Shown: positions 25,046 through 38,350 of the stretch, piece by piece | Numbering within the stretch: position 1 is the stretch's first letter | Layout of the letters: each line of letters opens with the position of its first letter | Notes under the pieces: model-generated | Database searches by the model: none | The model's input: only the letters and a program-made list of their open reading frames with translations | Told to the model about the DNA's origin: nothing | Assembly (NCBI RefSeq): GCF_001194135.2 | Contig: NC_068987.1 | Coordinates: 81,801,784 to 81,865,783, forward strand | Direction: 5' to 3' | DNA: 64,000 nucleotides | Origin: Octopus bimaculoides | Taxonomy: Eukaryota | Position numbers and translations under genes: made by a program

Positions 25046-25504
25046 AAATAGTAAATGAGTATATGCATATATACATACAGGTATGTGCGTACCGACATCC
25101 ACCTGTATGTATAGGTGCATATCCGGGTACAGGACATTGCAAACAAAACGTAGACAAGAAAACACACAAGCCACATTGAGAACATTCTACTTCATCAGCT
25201 ACCCCCGTTTTAACACCGGCGTTTCGAAGAGCTGGGCAGGACGCATCGTTAAAACGGCTCTTCCCATGGACCGCAAATTAAATTTGTATACACAAATTAA
25301 ATCTTGCCATGGAGGAATGTAGTGGCGGACAAAAAACAAGACAGGAAAACAAACACATATACACAGATATACTTACATGGTATTCAACTAATATTTACTT
25401 GTCTAAATAATCATATAACAAGTTAATTTCAAAATATTTAATTCATTAGAAATTCATCATATGATTTTTATATATACTCCAGGCAATAATTTAAGTAGAG
25501 AAGA

Positions 25505-25990
25505 TGTACCCAGGTGCTTTCATGCCAAGGTTAGCATAACCATCTGGACGACAACAGGTACATGGTTTGAGTCCTGTGGGTATTCCTGTGCACATTTTTC
25601 CTATCTTGGATTCATGTTTATAAAGTGTTTAATTTAAAGTTAAAATGTATATTGCGTGAAGATGACACCAGCTGCCATGACTACTGCCTTGAACCTGCTA
25701 ATAATGACACAAGACTAGGAACTGAAAGTTGAACTGGGAAATAGCTGAAGTTCTTAGACACTGTTACCTCAATGTTGCTAATGTCAGAGATAGTGCTGAT
25801 CTTGGAAGCATAGTAGTTCTGTTAGAACCCTTCGTTTCTTGGTAGAACCTTACTGAGATGACAAATGAGAGAAAGAGATGAAAAATATACTGAGTTGGTG
25901 GAATTATGTTGAAACAATGGGTGATGAGCAAGGTGAGATCCCAGTGAGATTGAATGCAAAGGGTTCAAAGGGCAGTCCCTCTCCAGAGTG
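25505..25990 (+). mobile_element. R2-superclade (HERO-like) LINE RLE fragment
   Basis: Broken frames resemble C..AL.QG..WRHNQVL and ..IVL.E..V.W.....NERK..KY..L.......G......E...KGF.GQS. Confidence 0.5.
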
Positions 25991-26004
25991 TTTCTGTGTG
26001 TCTT

Positions 26005-26062
<58 letters not shown>

Positions 26063-27184
26063 GTATGTATGTTAAAAAAAAATAATAAATGGATTCTCAT
26101 ATATACATACGTGCGTACATGCACATGTGCGTGCATGTGCATGCACGTGCGTACATGCACATACATGTACATACACATTCATGTACATACACATGCATAT
26201 ACACACGTGTGTAAGTATATATATATAATAGATATATGCATATGTCCATACATATATGTACATACATGCATATATGGGTACAGGACATCCAAAAACATTA
26301 AACACAATAAGAAACAAAAACAGAACACGAACTTTTTTCGAACAACGAAAAAACAAACAGGAACATGGCTGTGTCATTAGAGCTTCAGATACAATGTTAC
26401 GCAGTATTTTTGCAGCTCTGGGTGCTCTGAGTAAAAATTCTTACTTTGATCAACATGTCCTTTCATCCTTTCAAGGGGACAAATAAATACTAATCAGTTG
26501 CTAGACATGCTTCTCTCTCTCTCTCTTAACCTCTGACATCCAAGATGCAGATGAAGTTTGGGAGAATGGAGACATTTCATTTTATGGGAATGCTCACTGC
26601 TGTGCAGACACTAAATCATTAATAAAAGCTTGCTATACACCAATACCAAATAGCATTTGATAGCAATTGGCAGTATATCCTGAAGGTTTTCTGTCACAGC
26701 CTGTCATCATTGTTTTCCAAAAGTGAAATTTATCATTTGCAGTAATCTAAAGACACACCTAACTTACCTCTCATTTTTCACAGATGATTGTTACTTAAAA
26801 GATACCTAATTTTCAAGAGAGCGACATTATCTTATGCCCCAACTGGCATGGCTTTTACTATGATTCAGACTCTGCATTCGTTTTGCTGGTAAAAGAATAC
26901 AACTAGCACTCCGTTGGTTACCATGATAAATGTTCCAGTTGATTCGATCACTGGAACAGCCTGTTCATGAAATTAACATGCAAGTGGTTGAGTACTCCAC
27001 AGATGCACATATCCTTATTATAGTTCTCAATGAGATTCAGCATGACACAGAATACCTTGCCTGATGATACAATGTGCTGCCAGGAATTGAACTGACTACC
27101 CTAATCACTAAACCACATACCTTCACAATAGAACGCAGCATGGTATTTAAATAGTTAATAGGTTCGATTCAGATGATGATGTGA

Positions 27185-27643
27185 AGATACAGGTTGAGGT
27201 CAAACCCTGGCAGGAGAGGGTTGCTACTGAAGGACATGTGTGGCAGCAGAATTTGGCCCCTTGCCATATCTCTAGAAATAGTCAGAAGTGGTTGTCAGAA
27301 AATTTGTACCACTTCATCTGTCTCCCCATTTTCTGGCCTCCTAATTCCTCCAATAGTAATTCCATGTGTGAAGTATTGAGTGCTCTGTCTGCAATACCAA
27401 GGCTGAACTGACAGCCAAGATCGAGGAGATGTTCAAAGATCTTCCCAGGAACACGGTAAGGAATGCATGCACCAGGTTCCAGAGTTGTCTTGAGTTTGTG
27501 GTGGAAGCTGAGGGTGGCTGTTTTGAGCAAACCGTCATCTCCCAACCATAATCAAGTTGAATTTTTTTTTTTTTTTTTTTAATGGGATATTGTGTTTTCT
27601 TTTTCTTTTTAAGCAAACTGTGAAATGAAGCCTGAACACCCTG
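27185..27643 (+). mobile_element. DD37D (maT) Tc1/mariner 3' fragment with right TIR
   Basis: VWQQNLAPCHISRNSQKWL...FWPPNS; ends CACCCTG + TA at 27637-27645. Confidence 0.75.
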
Positions 27644-27913
27644 TACGAATCTCCATAGGTATTTATGCTAGTTTCATGTGAGAGATAGACAGAAACTGAG
27701 AGCTAGATCAATATGTCTGTGTGCAAGTATACAAATATATACATCTCTTCATACACTTCTATGTCTATACACACATATATATATGTATATATACATACAT
27801 ACACACACACACAACATTATATCTATATATATATATATTTAGATATATATATATATATTTAGATATATACATACACAGAACAATATATATATACACACAC
27901 AGAACATTATATG

Positions 27914-28022
<109 letters not shown>

Positions 28023-28686
28023 TTATGTGTTTCAGCCAAGTGGCTGCGGTCATGCTGGTGCAATGCGTGCATATGTATGTGCGTGTGTATGAGCATGCAT
28101 GTAATCGATTGGTCAATAGTCCAATTTGGAAGAACTATATTTAGATGTCTCTCATTTGTTTAAACTATGCACTAACAAAAAGTTTAGTCTTTTTTTTTTT
28201 TTTTTTTTTACTTCCAGCAATTTTATTAAATTCAAAAAACTAATTAGTTTCAAAATACAGACATCAAAATAAATTTATAGTGTGAGCTTTTATATTTGCC
28301 ATGGGTTGACTGTTAAATTCTTTGATCAACCAAAACTCCATGGGGATTAGAAACTCTTTTGAAAACTCAAGAACTTCTTGAAATTTCTTCAATAATCAGA
28401 ATATTTCTTTACCAGAAAAAAAAAAGAAAGAATTCCATTTGCTTCCTTTTTCTTCTCCCCTGTAGTTTCAATGATTTCTTTCACAAATATCTTGGCCCAA
28501 CATCCATCTTTACTGAGACCTAACATCTATTTCTAAATTTTACATTTCATATTCTTCCAATTTACTCACTGTATTTCACTCATTTTACCCTGACTAATCT
28601 CATACATTTTCTTTCCTATTCTATCTTTTCCTCTTAATCAAGTAAATGTCACAGCATTTCCAAACTGAGACAAGCTTGTTAGATTG

Positions 28687-28729
<43 letters not shown>

Positions 28730-28839
28730 AATGGATGTTATAATACTATTCCACACCCATGCCAACAATCCAATAATACTATTCCACTTATACAAAAACA
28801 GCCAGACCAAAAGTCCAACATACCTCCATCAGCTGCCCC

Positions 28840-29060
28840 TCAGATATTATTATAGTTTCGACACCTGGGCAGTACCATTCAATCTAGCAGTGTCAGCAGC
28901 ACTAAAATAAGTGTTTGGGAGCAAACAAACCAAGGGCCAGTTAGGCACCGTCTGTAAGAAAAACAGCACCATGATGCTATTCACTCTGCCAGAAATTTGG
29001 AAACAACATGCTGTACTGCTTGGCATTCATGCTGGAAGCTCCAGTATGAACAGATAGTGA
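28840..29060 (+). mobile_element. RTE LINE RT fragment
   Basis: FRHLGSTI (FKYLGS-like) and downstream RTE-like remnants. Confidence 0.45.
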
Positions 29061-29094
29061 ACATGCAGAACAACCGTTGGCTTATTGTGACCCC

Positions 29095-29648
29095 AAAACC
29101 TGTACTGAGAGTGATAAAAATCAAACATGGTGTTTGGAGTAATCACTAGTGATAGCAACGCTTTGCCTCCATTCATCTTCCCACACAGCGTCATACTCAA
29201 CATGGAGGCCTACATCAGGTGCCTGTAGGAAGTAGTGTTGCCCTGGGTCAAGTGGGTGATTGCTGGAAAACTCTATGTCTGGTAACAAGACTCTGCATCA
29301 TACCACACATGCAGGAGAACCTAGTCATAGCTGTCAGACAATTTCTGCAACCACATCACCCCTAACATCTGGTCACCTAACTCCCCAGACTGAAGTCCCC
29401 TTGGTTATGTGTGGAGAACAGTTGAGTGAGAGACAAACAAAACACCTTCTAAAACCAAAGAAGAACTGAAAGCAAGGATTTTGATAGCATTCACCAACTT
29501 AAACAAGGAAACCATCCAGAAGAGTTGCAGGAGAGGCTGAAGTCGTCTGGAGGTCATGGTTGAAGCCAACGGTGATTTTATTGAATAAATTTACTCTTTA
29601 GCATTTCAAAATATTTTTATGCAATTTTGGTAAATATATGTTAAAATG
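29095..29648 (+). mobile_element. DD37D (maT) fragment, same family as 41262-42091
   Basis: Collinear with the reverse complement of 41325-41830 (catggtgtttggagt.atcactagtgat..., atatatgttaaaatgagatgtcag). Confidence 0.8.
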
Positions 29649-30249
29649 AGATGTCAGGGATGATTATGGAATGTTTANNNNNNNNNNNNNNNNNNNNNNN
29701 NNNNNNNNNNNNNNNNNNNNNNNNNNNNNNNNNNNNNNNNNNNNNNNNNNNNNNNNNNNNNNNNNNNNNNNNNNNNNNNNNNNNNNNNNNNNNNNNNNNN
29801 NNNNNNNNNNNNNNNNNNNNNNNNNNNNNNNNNNNNNNNNNNNNNNNNNNNNNNNNNNNNNNNNNNNNNNNNNNNNNNNNNNNNNNNNNNNNNNNNNNNN
29901 NNNNNNNNNNNNNNNNNNNNNNNNNNNNNNNNNNNNNNNNNNNNNNNNNNNNNNNNNNNNNNNNNNNNNNNNNNNNNNNNNNNNNNNNNNNNNNNNNNNN
30001 NNNNNNNNNNNNNNNNNNNNNNNNNNNNNNNNNNNNNNNNNNNNNNNNNNNNNNNNNNNNNNNNNNNNNNNNNNNNNNNNNNNNNNNNNNNNNNNNNNNN
30101 NNNNNNNNNNNNNNNNNNNNNNNNNNNNNNNNNNNNNNNNNNNNNNNNNNNNNNNNNNNNNNNNNNNNNNNNNNNAATACGTTTGTCTATGTTTGTTTAT
30201 GTATCCATGTGTAAGCTTAATGTGTCTGTCAACCACTAAGTATATGTAG

Positions 30250-30795
30250 TTGTGTGTATGGGAGCATATGTATGTACGTGTCTGTATGTATATGTATATG
30301 TGAAAATATAATCTATAGATATATATACCTGTGTATGTATATGCATACATATATGTATGTATCATATGTATGTATACATATATGTATACACACATATATA
30401 TACATCTATGTATACATACATATGTATATATACACACACACATTTACATATATATATATATGTATGTATATACACACACACATATATATATACATATATG
30501 TATACATACATTTGTGTATATATATATATATATACATACATACACACACACACACACACATTTACATATATATATGTATGTATACACGCACACACATATA
30601 TATACATATATGTATACATATATATATACACACACACATTTACATATATATGTACGTATACACAAGCACACATTTCCATATATGTATGTATGTATACACA
30701 CACACACACACATTTACATATATATATATGTATACATGCACACATTTCCATATATGTATGTATGTATACACACACATTTACATATGTATACATAC

Positions 30796-30827
<32 letters not shown>

Positions 30828-30900
30828 GAATGCATACACACACACAAATGTAATATATGTATGTATTGTGTGTATGTATACACACATATATATAATTGTG
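30250..30900. repeat. Large compound TA/CA/TG microsatellite with higher-order units
   Basis: Recurring tatgtatgtatacacacac..catttacatatat units. Confidence 0.9.
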
Positions 30901-32472
30901 CATACAGATAGTCAGACATTTGCACATAGGCACATAAGCAAACATAGACAAACGTATTTGATGATACACATGAATAAATCGAAAACTCAGTAACGATGTT
31001 CGCTTAATTAGGAGAACTATGAAATAAACTTGTAGAGAAAGTAAAAACTTAGTGAGCGTACAATATGAAAAAGTTGGAATAAGGGAAATAAAGTGAGTTA
31101 TAAGTGAATATATAAAATACAGTAATAGATATATGATTTTCATAACGATGTATATGGGCAAGAAGTTATTAATGAGAAATCATTGAACCCTTAGAAGAGA
31201 TAAGGAGGATGATGGGAATCTTGGAATCATGAAACGTTTAAAGAAATATATGAATTTGTGAAGAAATTTCAAAGAATTTCTTACATTTTCAAAGGAGTTT
31301 TAAATTCTCATTGAGGATTTTTCTGTTATCGAAAATTTTTGAAGTCCTCTTCAGTTTCTCAACATTAATTTATTTTGATGCTTGAATTTGAAAATTGATT
31401 TGTTTTTCCAATTTTATATGAAATAAATAGAAGTATCGGAACACATGGTTTGTGTTATGCATAAATTCCACCAAGCAAAAACTATTTTAATGTCTTTTAA
31501 TATTTGTTTCAGTTATTAGATTGCGGCAATGCTGGGGCACTGCCTTCAATTTTTAATCTAATGGAGTGAGCCCAGTATTTATTTTTTATCATTAAGCTTG
31601 GTTCTTATTCTGTCAGTCTCTTTTGCCAAACCACTACGTTACAGGGATGTAAACACACCAGCACTGGTTGTCAAGTAGTGGGGGTAGGGAGAAACACCAG
31701 ACACAGACACGCACACACACATACATGTATCTGAGTGGTTAGCATTAGAAAGGGTATCCAGCTGTAGAAACATTGCCAGATCAGATTGGAGCCTGATGCA
31801 ACTTCTGGCTCTCCATACCTCAGTCAAACTGTCCTACCCATGCCAGCATGGAAAACGGACGTTAAACAATGATATATATATATATATATATGACTGACTT
31901 CTTTTCAGCTTCCATCTACCAAATCCACTCACAAGGCTTTGGCTGGCCTAAGGCTATGGTTGAAGACACTTGTCCAAAGTCCCACATAGTGGGACTGAAC
32001 ACAGAATCATTTGGTTGGGAAGCAAGCTTCTTACCACTCAGCCACACCTACACCTTTATTCACATTTTACTTATATTGAGAAAATAAAATAAACTTGACT
32101 GGCCCCTTCCCCCAAATATTTCAGGCCTTGTGCCTAGATTAGAAAAGAATATCATTACAATAAAGGAATTAATTTGTTAGATATTACCTTTCTTGAATGT
32201 ATATTCTGTAATTCTATTGTTATATTCCAATATTCCAACAACACAGTATTAGAACATCTTGTTAAGGCATGGGAATGAGCAAAAATGATGACAGATACTT
32301 TTATTATAGAGTCCAACCCATGCCAGCATGGGAAAGCGGATGTTAAAAGATCGTGATGTGTATATGATATCCATTCAAATAAAATTAGATATCAAATTCT
32401 TATCTTGCTTTTGATAGTATCTTGTCTATAATAAAATATTGTGTAAACAGGGACACACATTCACAAGCAGCC

Positions 32473-32517
<45 letters not shown>

Positions 32518-32553
32518 CACATACATATATACGCACACACACATCTCTATCTA

Positions 32554-32615
<62 letters not shown>

Positions 32616-33059
32616 CACACATCTCTCTCTCTCTCTCTATCTATCTATACATACACACATCTCCATCTATATATATATAGATATACATATGTATGTATGT
32701 ATAAATTCAATTTAATATACTCATCTGGCTTTTAAATACCATCTTTTTATATCACGTAATGTACTAAGTGTATATGTGTATGCGTGAAATGAGATACGTA
32801 ATTTTCCACTTACTTTTGAAAAGAACTTCTAAACCATATCATATACTTTATTACAAAATTACAACAAGAATAAAACATCTGTCACTCACTCTTGCTATTT
32901 GCATTTGTCATTGTACAATATCCTACTTTAACTTTACCTCATTTGTGTGACCACAAACAAACATACAAGTAAATCATTATTTGGGGATTTAAGCCTTGCA
33001 TTCTGCTTCATTCTACGTCAGTACTTAAGTCTAAACTCATTATTATTGTCAACTCCTGG

Positions 33060-33450
33060 ACGTTATCATCATCATGTAACGTCTGCTTTCTTTGCTGGCA
33101 TGGGTTAGATAGTTTGACTGAAAACTGGTAAGCCGGCTTTTAATTTGATTTGGTTCGTGAAAAACATTTGAGCGTGGTTGTTGCCAGTGCTGCCGGACTG
33201 GCTCCTGTGCAGGTAGCATGTAAAAACACATTTTGAGTATGATCGTTGCCAGAACTGCCTGACTGGCCCCCATGCCGGTGGCATGTAAAAAGCACCCACT
33301 ACTCTCTCGGAGTGGCTGGCATTAGGAAGGGCATCCAGCTGTAGAAACTTTGTCAGGTCAGATCGAGCCTGGTGCAGCCTCTGGCTCACCAGTCCTCAGT
33401 CAAACCGTCCAACCCATGCCAGCATGGAAAGCGGACGTTAAACGACGATG
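33060..33450 (+). mobile_element. RTE 3' UTR/tail-derived copies (partial inverted pair)
   Basis: Antisense tail at about 33065-33120, sense tail ending ggacgttaaacgacgatg at about 33450. Confidence 0.7.
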
Positions 33451-33799
33451 ATTATAAATATATATATATATACACACGACCGGCTTGTTTCTGTTTCTGT
33501 GTACCAAATCCACTCACAAGGCTTTGGTCAGCCTGAGGCTATAATAGAAGACACTTGTCTCAGGTGCTATGCAGAGGGACTAAACCCAGAACTATGTGTT
33601 TGGGAAGCAAGCTTCATACCACCAGAAATGCACTTTGAATTGCATATAAAAGTTTTATTTATACAACTTTTCTGGAATGCATCTTGGATTTCTAACATTT
33701 CATGTAACTACTATCTTTTGTGACTCACTATTCAGTCCAGTTTTCTAACTCCTTAAAAATATTCCTCAATTGCTGTTCAATGATTCCATGGACAGCTTC

Positions 33800-33990
33800 T
33801 GTGATTCTGGCCCCCACCCTAGCTTTTCTAAAGAATGTAGCTTTTTGAGTAGAAAGCCAGTTCAACATCTGATCATAAAAATAGTCAGAGGGTCAGATCA
33901 GGCGAAAAGAGCAACCAAGCAATTGGTCAAGCTCTAGTGATCCACATTTTTGGACAGATACTATTCAAAAACTGGCATACATCTCAAACA
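33800..33990 (-). mobile_element. Mariner transposase remnant
   Basis: Antisense ..ttcgcctgatctgaccctctgactat.. resembles the SPDLAPSDY motif. Confidence 0.5.
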
Positions 33991-34722
33991 TAGTGACAGA
34001 GTATACCAAATTGCTGAAAGAAAGCATTGTCTGAAAAGCTCAACCATCTTAGTTTGGGCACAACCATGTCTGTGTGGTAAGAAGTTTGCTTCCCAACCAC
34101 AGGGCTCTGGTTCAATCTAAGTGCGTGACACCAAGGAAAAGTCTCTCCTATTATAACCCTAAACCAACCAAAGCTTTGTGAGCAGATTTGGAAGGTGGAA
34201 ATTGAAAGAATCCCATAAAATATGTGTCTATCTGTCTGTCTGTTTGTCTGTCTGTGTATGCATTACTGTCTCCTTGCCTTAATATTTCATTAAAGCTGTA
34301 AATGAATGTCCCTGTCATGCAAGCAATGTCCTTGGTTCCTAGTCTATGTCTGGTCATAACGAAATACTACCTTTCTTGGAAACGGGTGAAGGTTTATGAC
34401 AGGAAGGGCATCCAACTGTAGAAAAATCTATCTCCTATGAAAGCATGGAAAAGTGGATTAAAATGATGATGATGAGTTCAAGTGTGAGAAAATTCTGTAA
34501 TGTTGTATGGAAACATTCAACATTGACTATTATTTCTTCAAGAAGGGAGCAATAATACATGACTTCTCAAGGGCACACATCAAACATTAATTTTTGGGAA
34601 TAGCTCTTTCTTGTTACCAAAACTTAAGACTGTCCTTTTCCTCAAACGTATCAATAATATCAGTTCACTTTACCACTAAGGTGGAAAATTGTTTAATCTC
34701 TTACAATTGCACATTATTGCAG

Positions 34723-34756
34723 TGTGTTAAATTCTTTCTGGAATATTTACTCTCAA
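34723..34756 (+). CDS. Weak candidate exon (phase 2 to 0), (S)VLNSFWNIYSQ
   Basis: Acceptor acattattgcag|, weak donor |GTGGAT; chosen because it bridges the phases of 24963 and 34960. Confidence 0.25.
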
Positions 34757-34959
34757 GTGGATATCAATCAATGTTGGTACAATTGTATCTGTATTGGTTA
34801 TATGATGGAAGCTTTTTATTGCAAATTCTTCCGTTGACACCAGAAATTGTATTCCTGATGTTAAAAACACAGCTGTTGCTAATTTTCAATCTTGTTAATG
34901 ATTTAATAATATCTTTGTCCAATTGGACAAATTAAAAATTTTTCTTTTTTTTTTATTAG

Positions 34960-35069
34960 ATTCTACCGCTAAGAAGAATGATTAAACCAAGTGAATTTCA
35001 TCTTATAGAAGTTGATATGAATTATATTTCAGCATGGAAACCATCCTTTGAAGTCATTATTGCAGCAGG
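34960..35069 (+). CDS. Candidate coding exon (phase 0 to 2), ILPLRRMIKPSEFHLIEVDMNYISAWKPSFEVIIAA(G)
   Basis: Very strong polypyrimidine acceptor tttttctttttttttattag|, donor GG|GTAATT; only one open frame. Confidence 0.7.
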
Positions 35070-35589
35070 GTAATTAATGCACAATTAACAATTTCTTCAT
35101 CTCACCAAACATTAGAAATGCAACAAATTATGCTATTCACTAAATTCTTCAAGAATGTAAGTAGGTGGTCTTGACTTATTACTATATTATACATTTTCCA
35201 TGTGGCTCATTATAACAGCAGTGTTTACTGGCTTTTCGTCATCGTCATCATACATCCTGTTTCTATGCTGGTATGGGTTGCACAATTTGACAGGTCCTGG
35301 TGAGCTGAAGGGCCACATCAAGTTCCAATGTTGACTTTAGTATTATTGTATGGTTCCTATGGCTTGATGCCCTTCTTAATGTTAGCCTCATTAGTGTGTA
35401 TTGGGTGCTTTATTTTAGTGTGCGTATTGGTTGACCTTACATTAGTGTGTGTATTGGATGACCTTACTAATACCAGTCGCATTAGTAAGGTCACCAAGTA
35501 ATTTGGCCCATGGGCAGTCTTTGAAATTTTGTCTCCACAGTTTTTTTTAAGCAAACATTTACACACTATAATTTAGTTTTATCTTCAAG

Positions 35590-35647
35590 TTTGAACATGA
35601 AAAACAAATTATTTCATGTTCTCTTGAAATTTCTAATTCCTTATGAT
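35590..35647 (+). CDS. Candidate coding exon (phase 2 to 0), LNMKNKLFHVLLKFLIPYD
   Basis: Acceptor tttttatcttcaag|, donor |GTAAGC; phase fits 35069. Confidence 0.65.
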
Positions 35648-35698
35648 GTAAGCATTTACACATATACATACCCACATGCACACACATGCACACACACG

Positions 35699-35732
<34 letters not shown>

Positions 35733-36224
35733 TTTATATATTCCCAACCATGTGATCTTGGATTCAGTCCCATTGTGCATTGTGTGACACCTTGGATAAA
35801 TGTCTCCTATAGCCCCAACCCAATCAAAACTTCATGATTAGATTTGGTAGACAGAAACTGAAAGAAGTCTGCCATATATGCATGTGTGTGTATGTATGTA
35901 TGTGTGTGCGTGTGCCTTTGCCTAGATATACAAGTATGGTTGTTTGTTTCCAGTCTTTGGTGAAGAACATGTATAGCTTTGGGAAACTATCACCATGCTT
36001 GGGAACAGGCAAGGGTTGGTGACAGAAAGGGCTTCCGACCATAGAAAATCTGCCTTAACAAATTTTGTCTGACCTATGCAAGCATGGAAAATGATGATGA
36101 TGACAATGGTACATAAACTATATATGAAGCCACTTACAAGCATGAATACACACGTGCACGCACACACATATTTATGAAGAAGCATTTATTTATACAGATG
36201 CTTTTATTTATATATCTGTATATA

Positions 36225-36265
<41 letters not shown>

Positions 36266-36519
36266 NNNNNNNNNNNNNNNNNNNNNNNNNNNNNNNNNNN
36301 NNNNNNNNNNNNNNNNNNNNNNNNNNNNNNNNNNNNNNNNNNNNNNNNNNNNNNNNNNNNNNNNNNNNNNNNNNNNNNNNNNNNNNNNNNNNNNNNNNNN
36401 NNNNNNNNNNNNNNNNNNNNNNNNNNNNNNNNNNNNNNNNNNNNNNNNNNNNNNNNNNNNNNNNNNNNNNNNNNNNNNNNNNNNNNNNNNNNNNNNNNNN
36501 NNNNNNNNNNTTAAACATA

Positions 36520-36773
36520 TTAGAAGTATAAAAGGTGGGAAAAATACTTATAATGGGTGGAGTATTGATATAAGTAATCATGAAAAACCAATAGCAATGG
36601 CCAAATGGAGAGTTTTCAATATGTTGTTAATAAGAGAATAAATAACCATATATTGAATAACATGACTCCGACTTTGGTGGTTTCTATTGGTTTTTTCATC
36701 ATTATTTGTTGGGTTTTTTTTTTGTCAATACTTCGACCATTACAATTACTTTTCCCAACTTTGGTACCTCTAA
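36520..36773. repeat. Inverted duplication, arms about 36520-36605 and 36670-36773
   Basis: ttagaagtataaaaggtgggaaaaatacttataatgggtggagtattga versus reverse complement ttagaggtaccaaagttgggaaaagtaattgtaatggtcgaagtattga. Confidence 0.7.
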
Positions 36774-36800
36774 CTTGTTTATATACGACAAATATCTAAG

Positions 36801-36871
36801 CTTCCACCTGAAAAAGCAGACTTGGCAAAAGTTCAGAATTACTGTCACCTTTCGAATTTCCCCTGTGTACA
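36801..36871 (+). CDS. Candidate coding exon (phase 0 to 2), LPPEKADLAKVQNYCHLSNFPCV(H)
   Basis: CTAAC branch-like motif at 36770-36774, acceptor ctaag|, donor |GTTAGC; phases fit both neighbours. Confidence 0.6.
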
Positions 36872-37046
36872 GTTAGCAGTACACCTACTACTGGCCTGGT
36901 ATATAAATAAATACATACATACTTACACACACACACACATGTTGGTACACCTCATCATCATTTAATGTCTGATTTTACATGCTGGTTTAGGTTTGGGTTT
37001 AATGTGTGTGTAATTACCTGTTTTATAAGTTTGTTCTTATGTCTAG

Positions 37047-37108
37047 TAAGCATATACTAAAGGAAGGACTCAATACCGATTATAGTCAAACAACATTATA
37101 TTATCATT
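37047..37108 (+). CDS. Candidate coding exon (phase 2 to 1), KHILKEGLNTDYSQQHYIII(E)
   Basis: Acceptor ttgttcttatgtctag|, donor G|GTGATT; phases fit. Confidence 0.55.
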
Positions 37109-37195
37109 GGTGATTGTTTACTTTGAAGTTTTGTTAATACTGACTTTATACTGGCTTCTCAGCACAATGTTTGCTAAGAAAAATTTTTATTTCAG

Positions 37196-37231
37196 AAAAC
37201 AATTTTGAGACACTTTCAGTGAAAATTGAAA
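37196..37231 (+). CDS. Candidate coding exon (phase 1 to 1), NNFETLSVKIE
   Basis: Strong acceptor aatttttatttcag|, donor |GTAAAT; 87-nt intron from the previous candidate. Confidence 0.5.
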
Positions 37232-37884
37232 GTAAATTATCACTATAAATGTATATGGTGTGTGTGTGTGTGTGTGTCTTCTATTTTTTATTACAAATCT
37301 TCTGAGGAGAGAGCTAGTTTCCAATAAAGATACAAGGCTCCATCTTTGAGATGTAGTTAACAAATTCACATGTATGTATGTATGTATGTATGTATGTATT
37401 TCTCGGCTTTTGTTAAAGCATGTCTTTAAATGAAGGCCACTCTGATATAACACCAGATATGCAAGGAATGGTATTGAACATTTTAGGGATCTTTTCCTTG
37501 CGCTTAGGATCATGGTGCTCCCACTTTCTTCAGTTTCATTTGACACTCAATGGTTTTTGTCAATTTACTCTCGTATATAAAATGACTTAAACAAAATCAC
37601 AAAAGGAAAAATTTATTCATCATCATCATCGTTTAATGTCTGCCTTCCATGCTGGCATGGGTTGGACGGTTTCACAAGAGCCGGCCAGGCAGAAGCTTGC
37701 ACCTGACTTCTGTGATTGTTTTGACAGGATTTTTACTGCCGGATGCCCTTCCTAACACCAACCACTCAGCAGAGTGGACTTAGTACTTTTTACCTGGCAC
37801 AAGAACAGGCGAGGTGAGTAGTGCTTTCTACATGGTACAAGCACAGTTTAATTAATTGATAATGTTTAATTAATTGGTCAATTA

Positions 37885-38350
37885 ATTATGTGTGGAGATC
37901 AAAAGAGAATAGTGCTGTCAAAATTTGGATTCTCAAAATTGTATGACCTCTTGAGAACCCATACTTTGAGTATCAAGACCAGGACCTGTATATTGAACTG
38001 CTGTACATCCCCTGCATTGATGTATGGAAGTGAGACATGGTCTATAACATCAAAAACGAAAGGGTTTTTGGAGAGCTGTGAAATGAAGATCGTAAAGGGA
38101 ACAGTGAGGATAGCATGGACAGACAGTGTCTAATGAAGAAGTGATGGCCCAGGCTGTGGTAATTAGGAAACTGCTTTATGAGATAAGGGCCAAGTGACTG
38201 AGATTTCTTGGTCATGTGATGAGGAAAGGGAGCCTGGAGAATTTAGTGATGACCGGAAAGATTGAAGAGAAAAGAAGCAGAGGAAGGACACGGATGATGT
38301 CGATGTCAAAGCTTGATGAAATATTTGGGAAAAAGAGGCAATAAACATCA
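37885..38350 (+). mobile_element. RTE LINE RT C-terminal fragment
   Basis: LSIKTRTCILNCCTSPALMYGSETWSIT...EMKIVKGTVRIAWTDSV*NEEV. Confidence 0.85.

Noticed and set aside
25483-25529. Apparent exon NNLSREDVPRCFHAK
   Set aside because: Overlaps the HERO-like LINE remnant, and the good acceptor is out of phase with 24963.
37457-37552. Protein-like frame YARNGIEHFRDLFLALRIMVLPL
   Set aside because: Requires a phase-2 upstream exon, which does not fit 37231; left unresolved.
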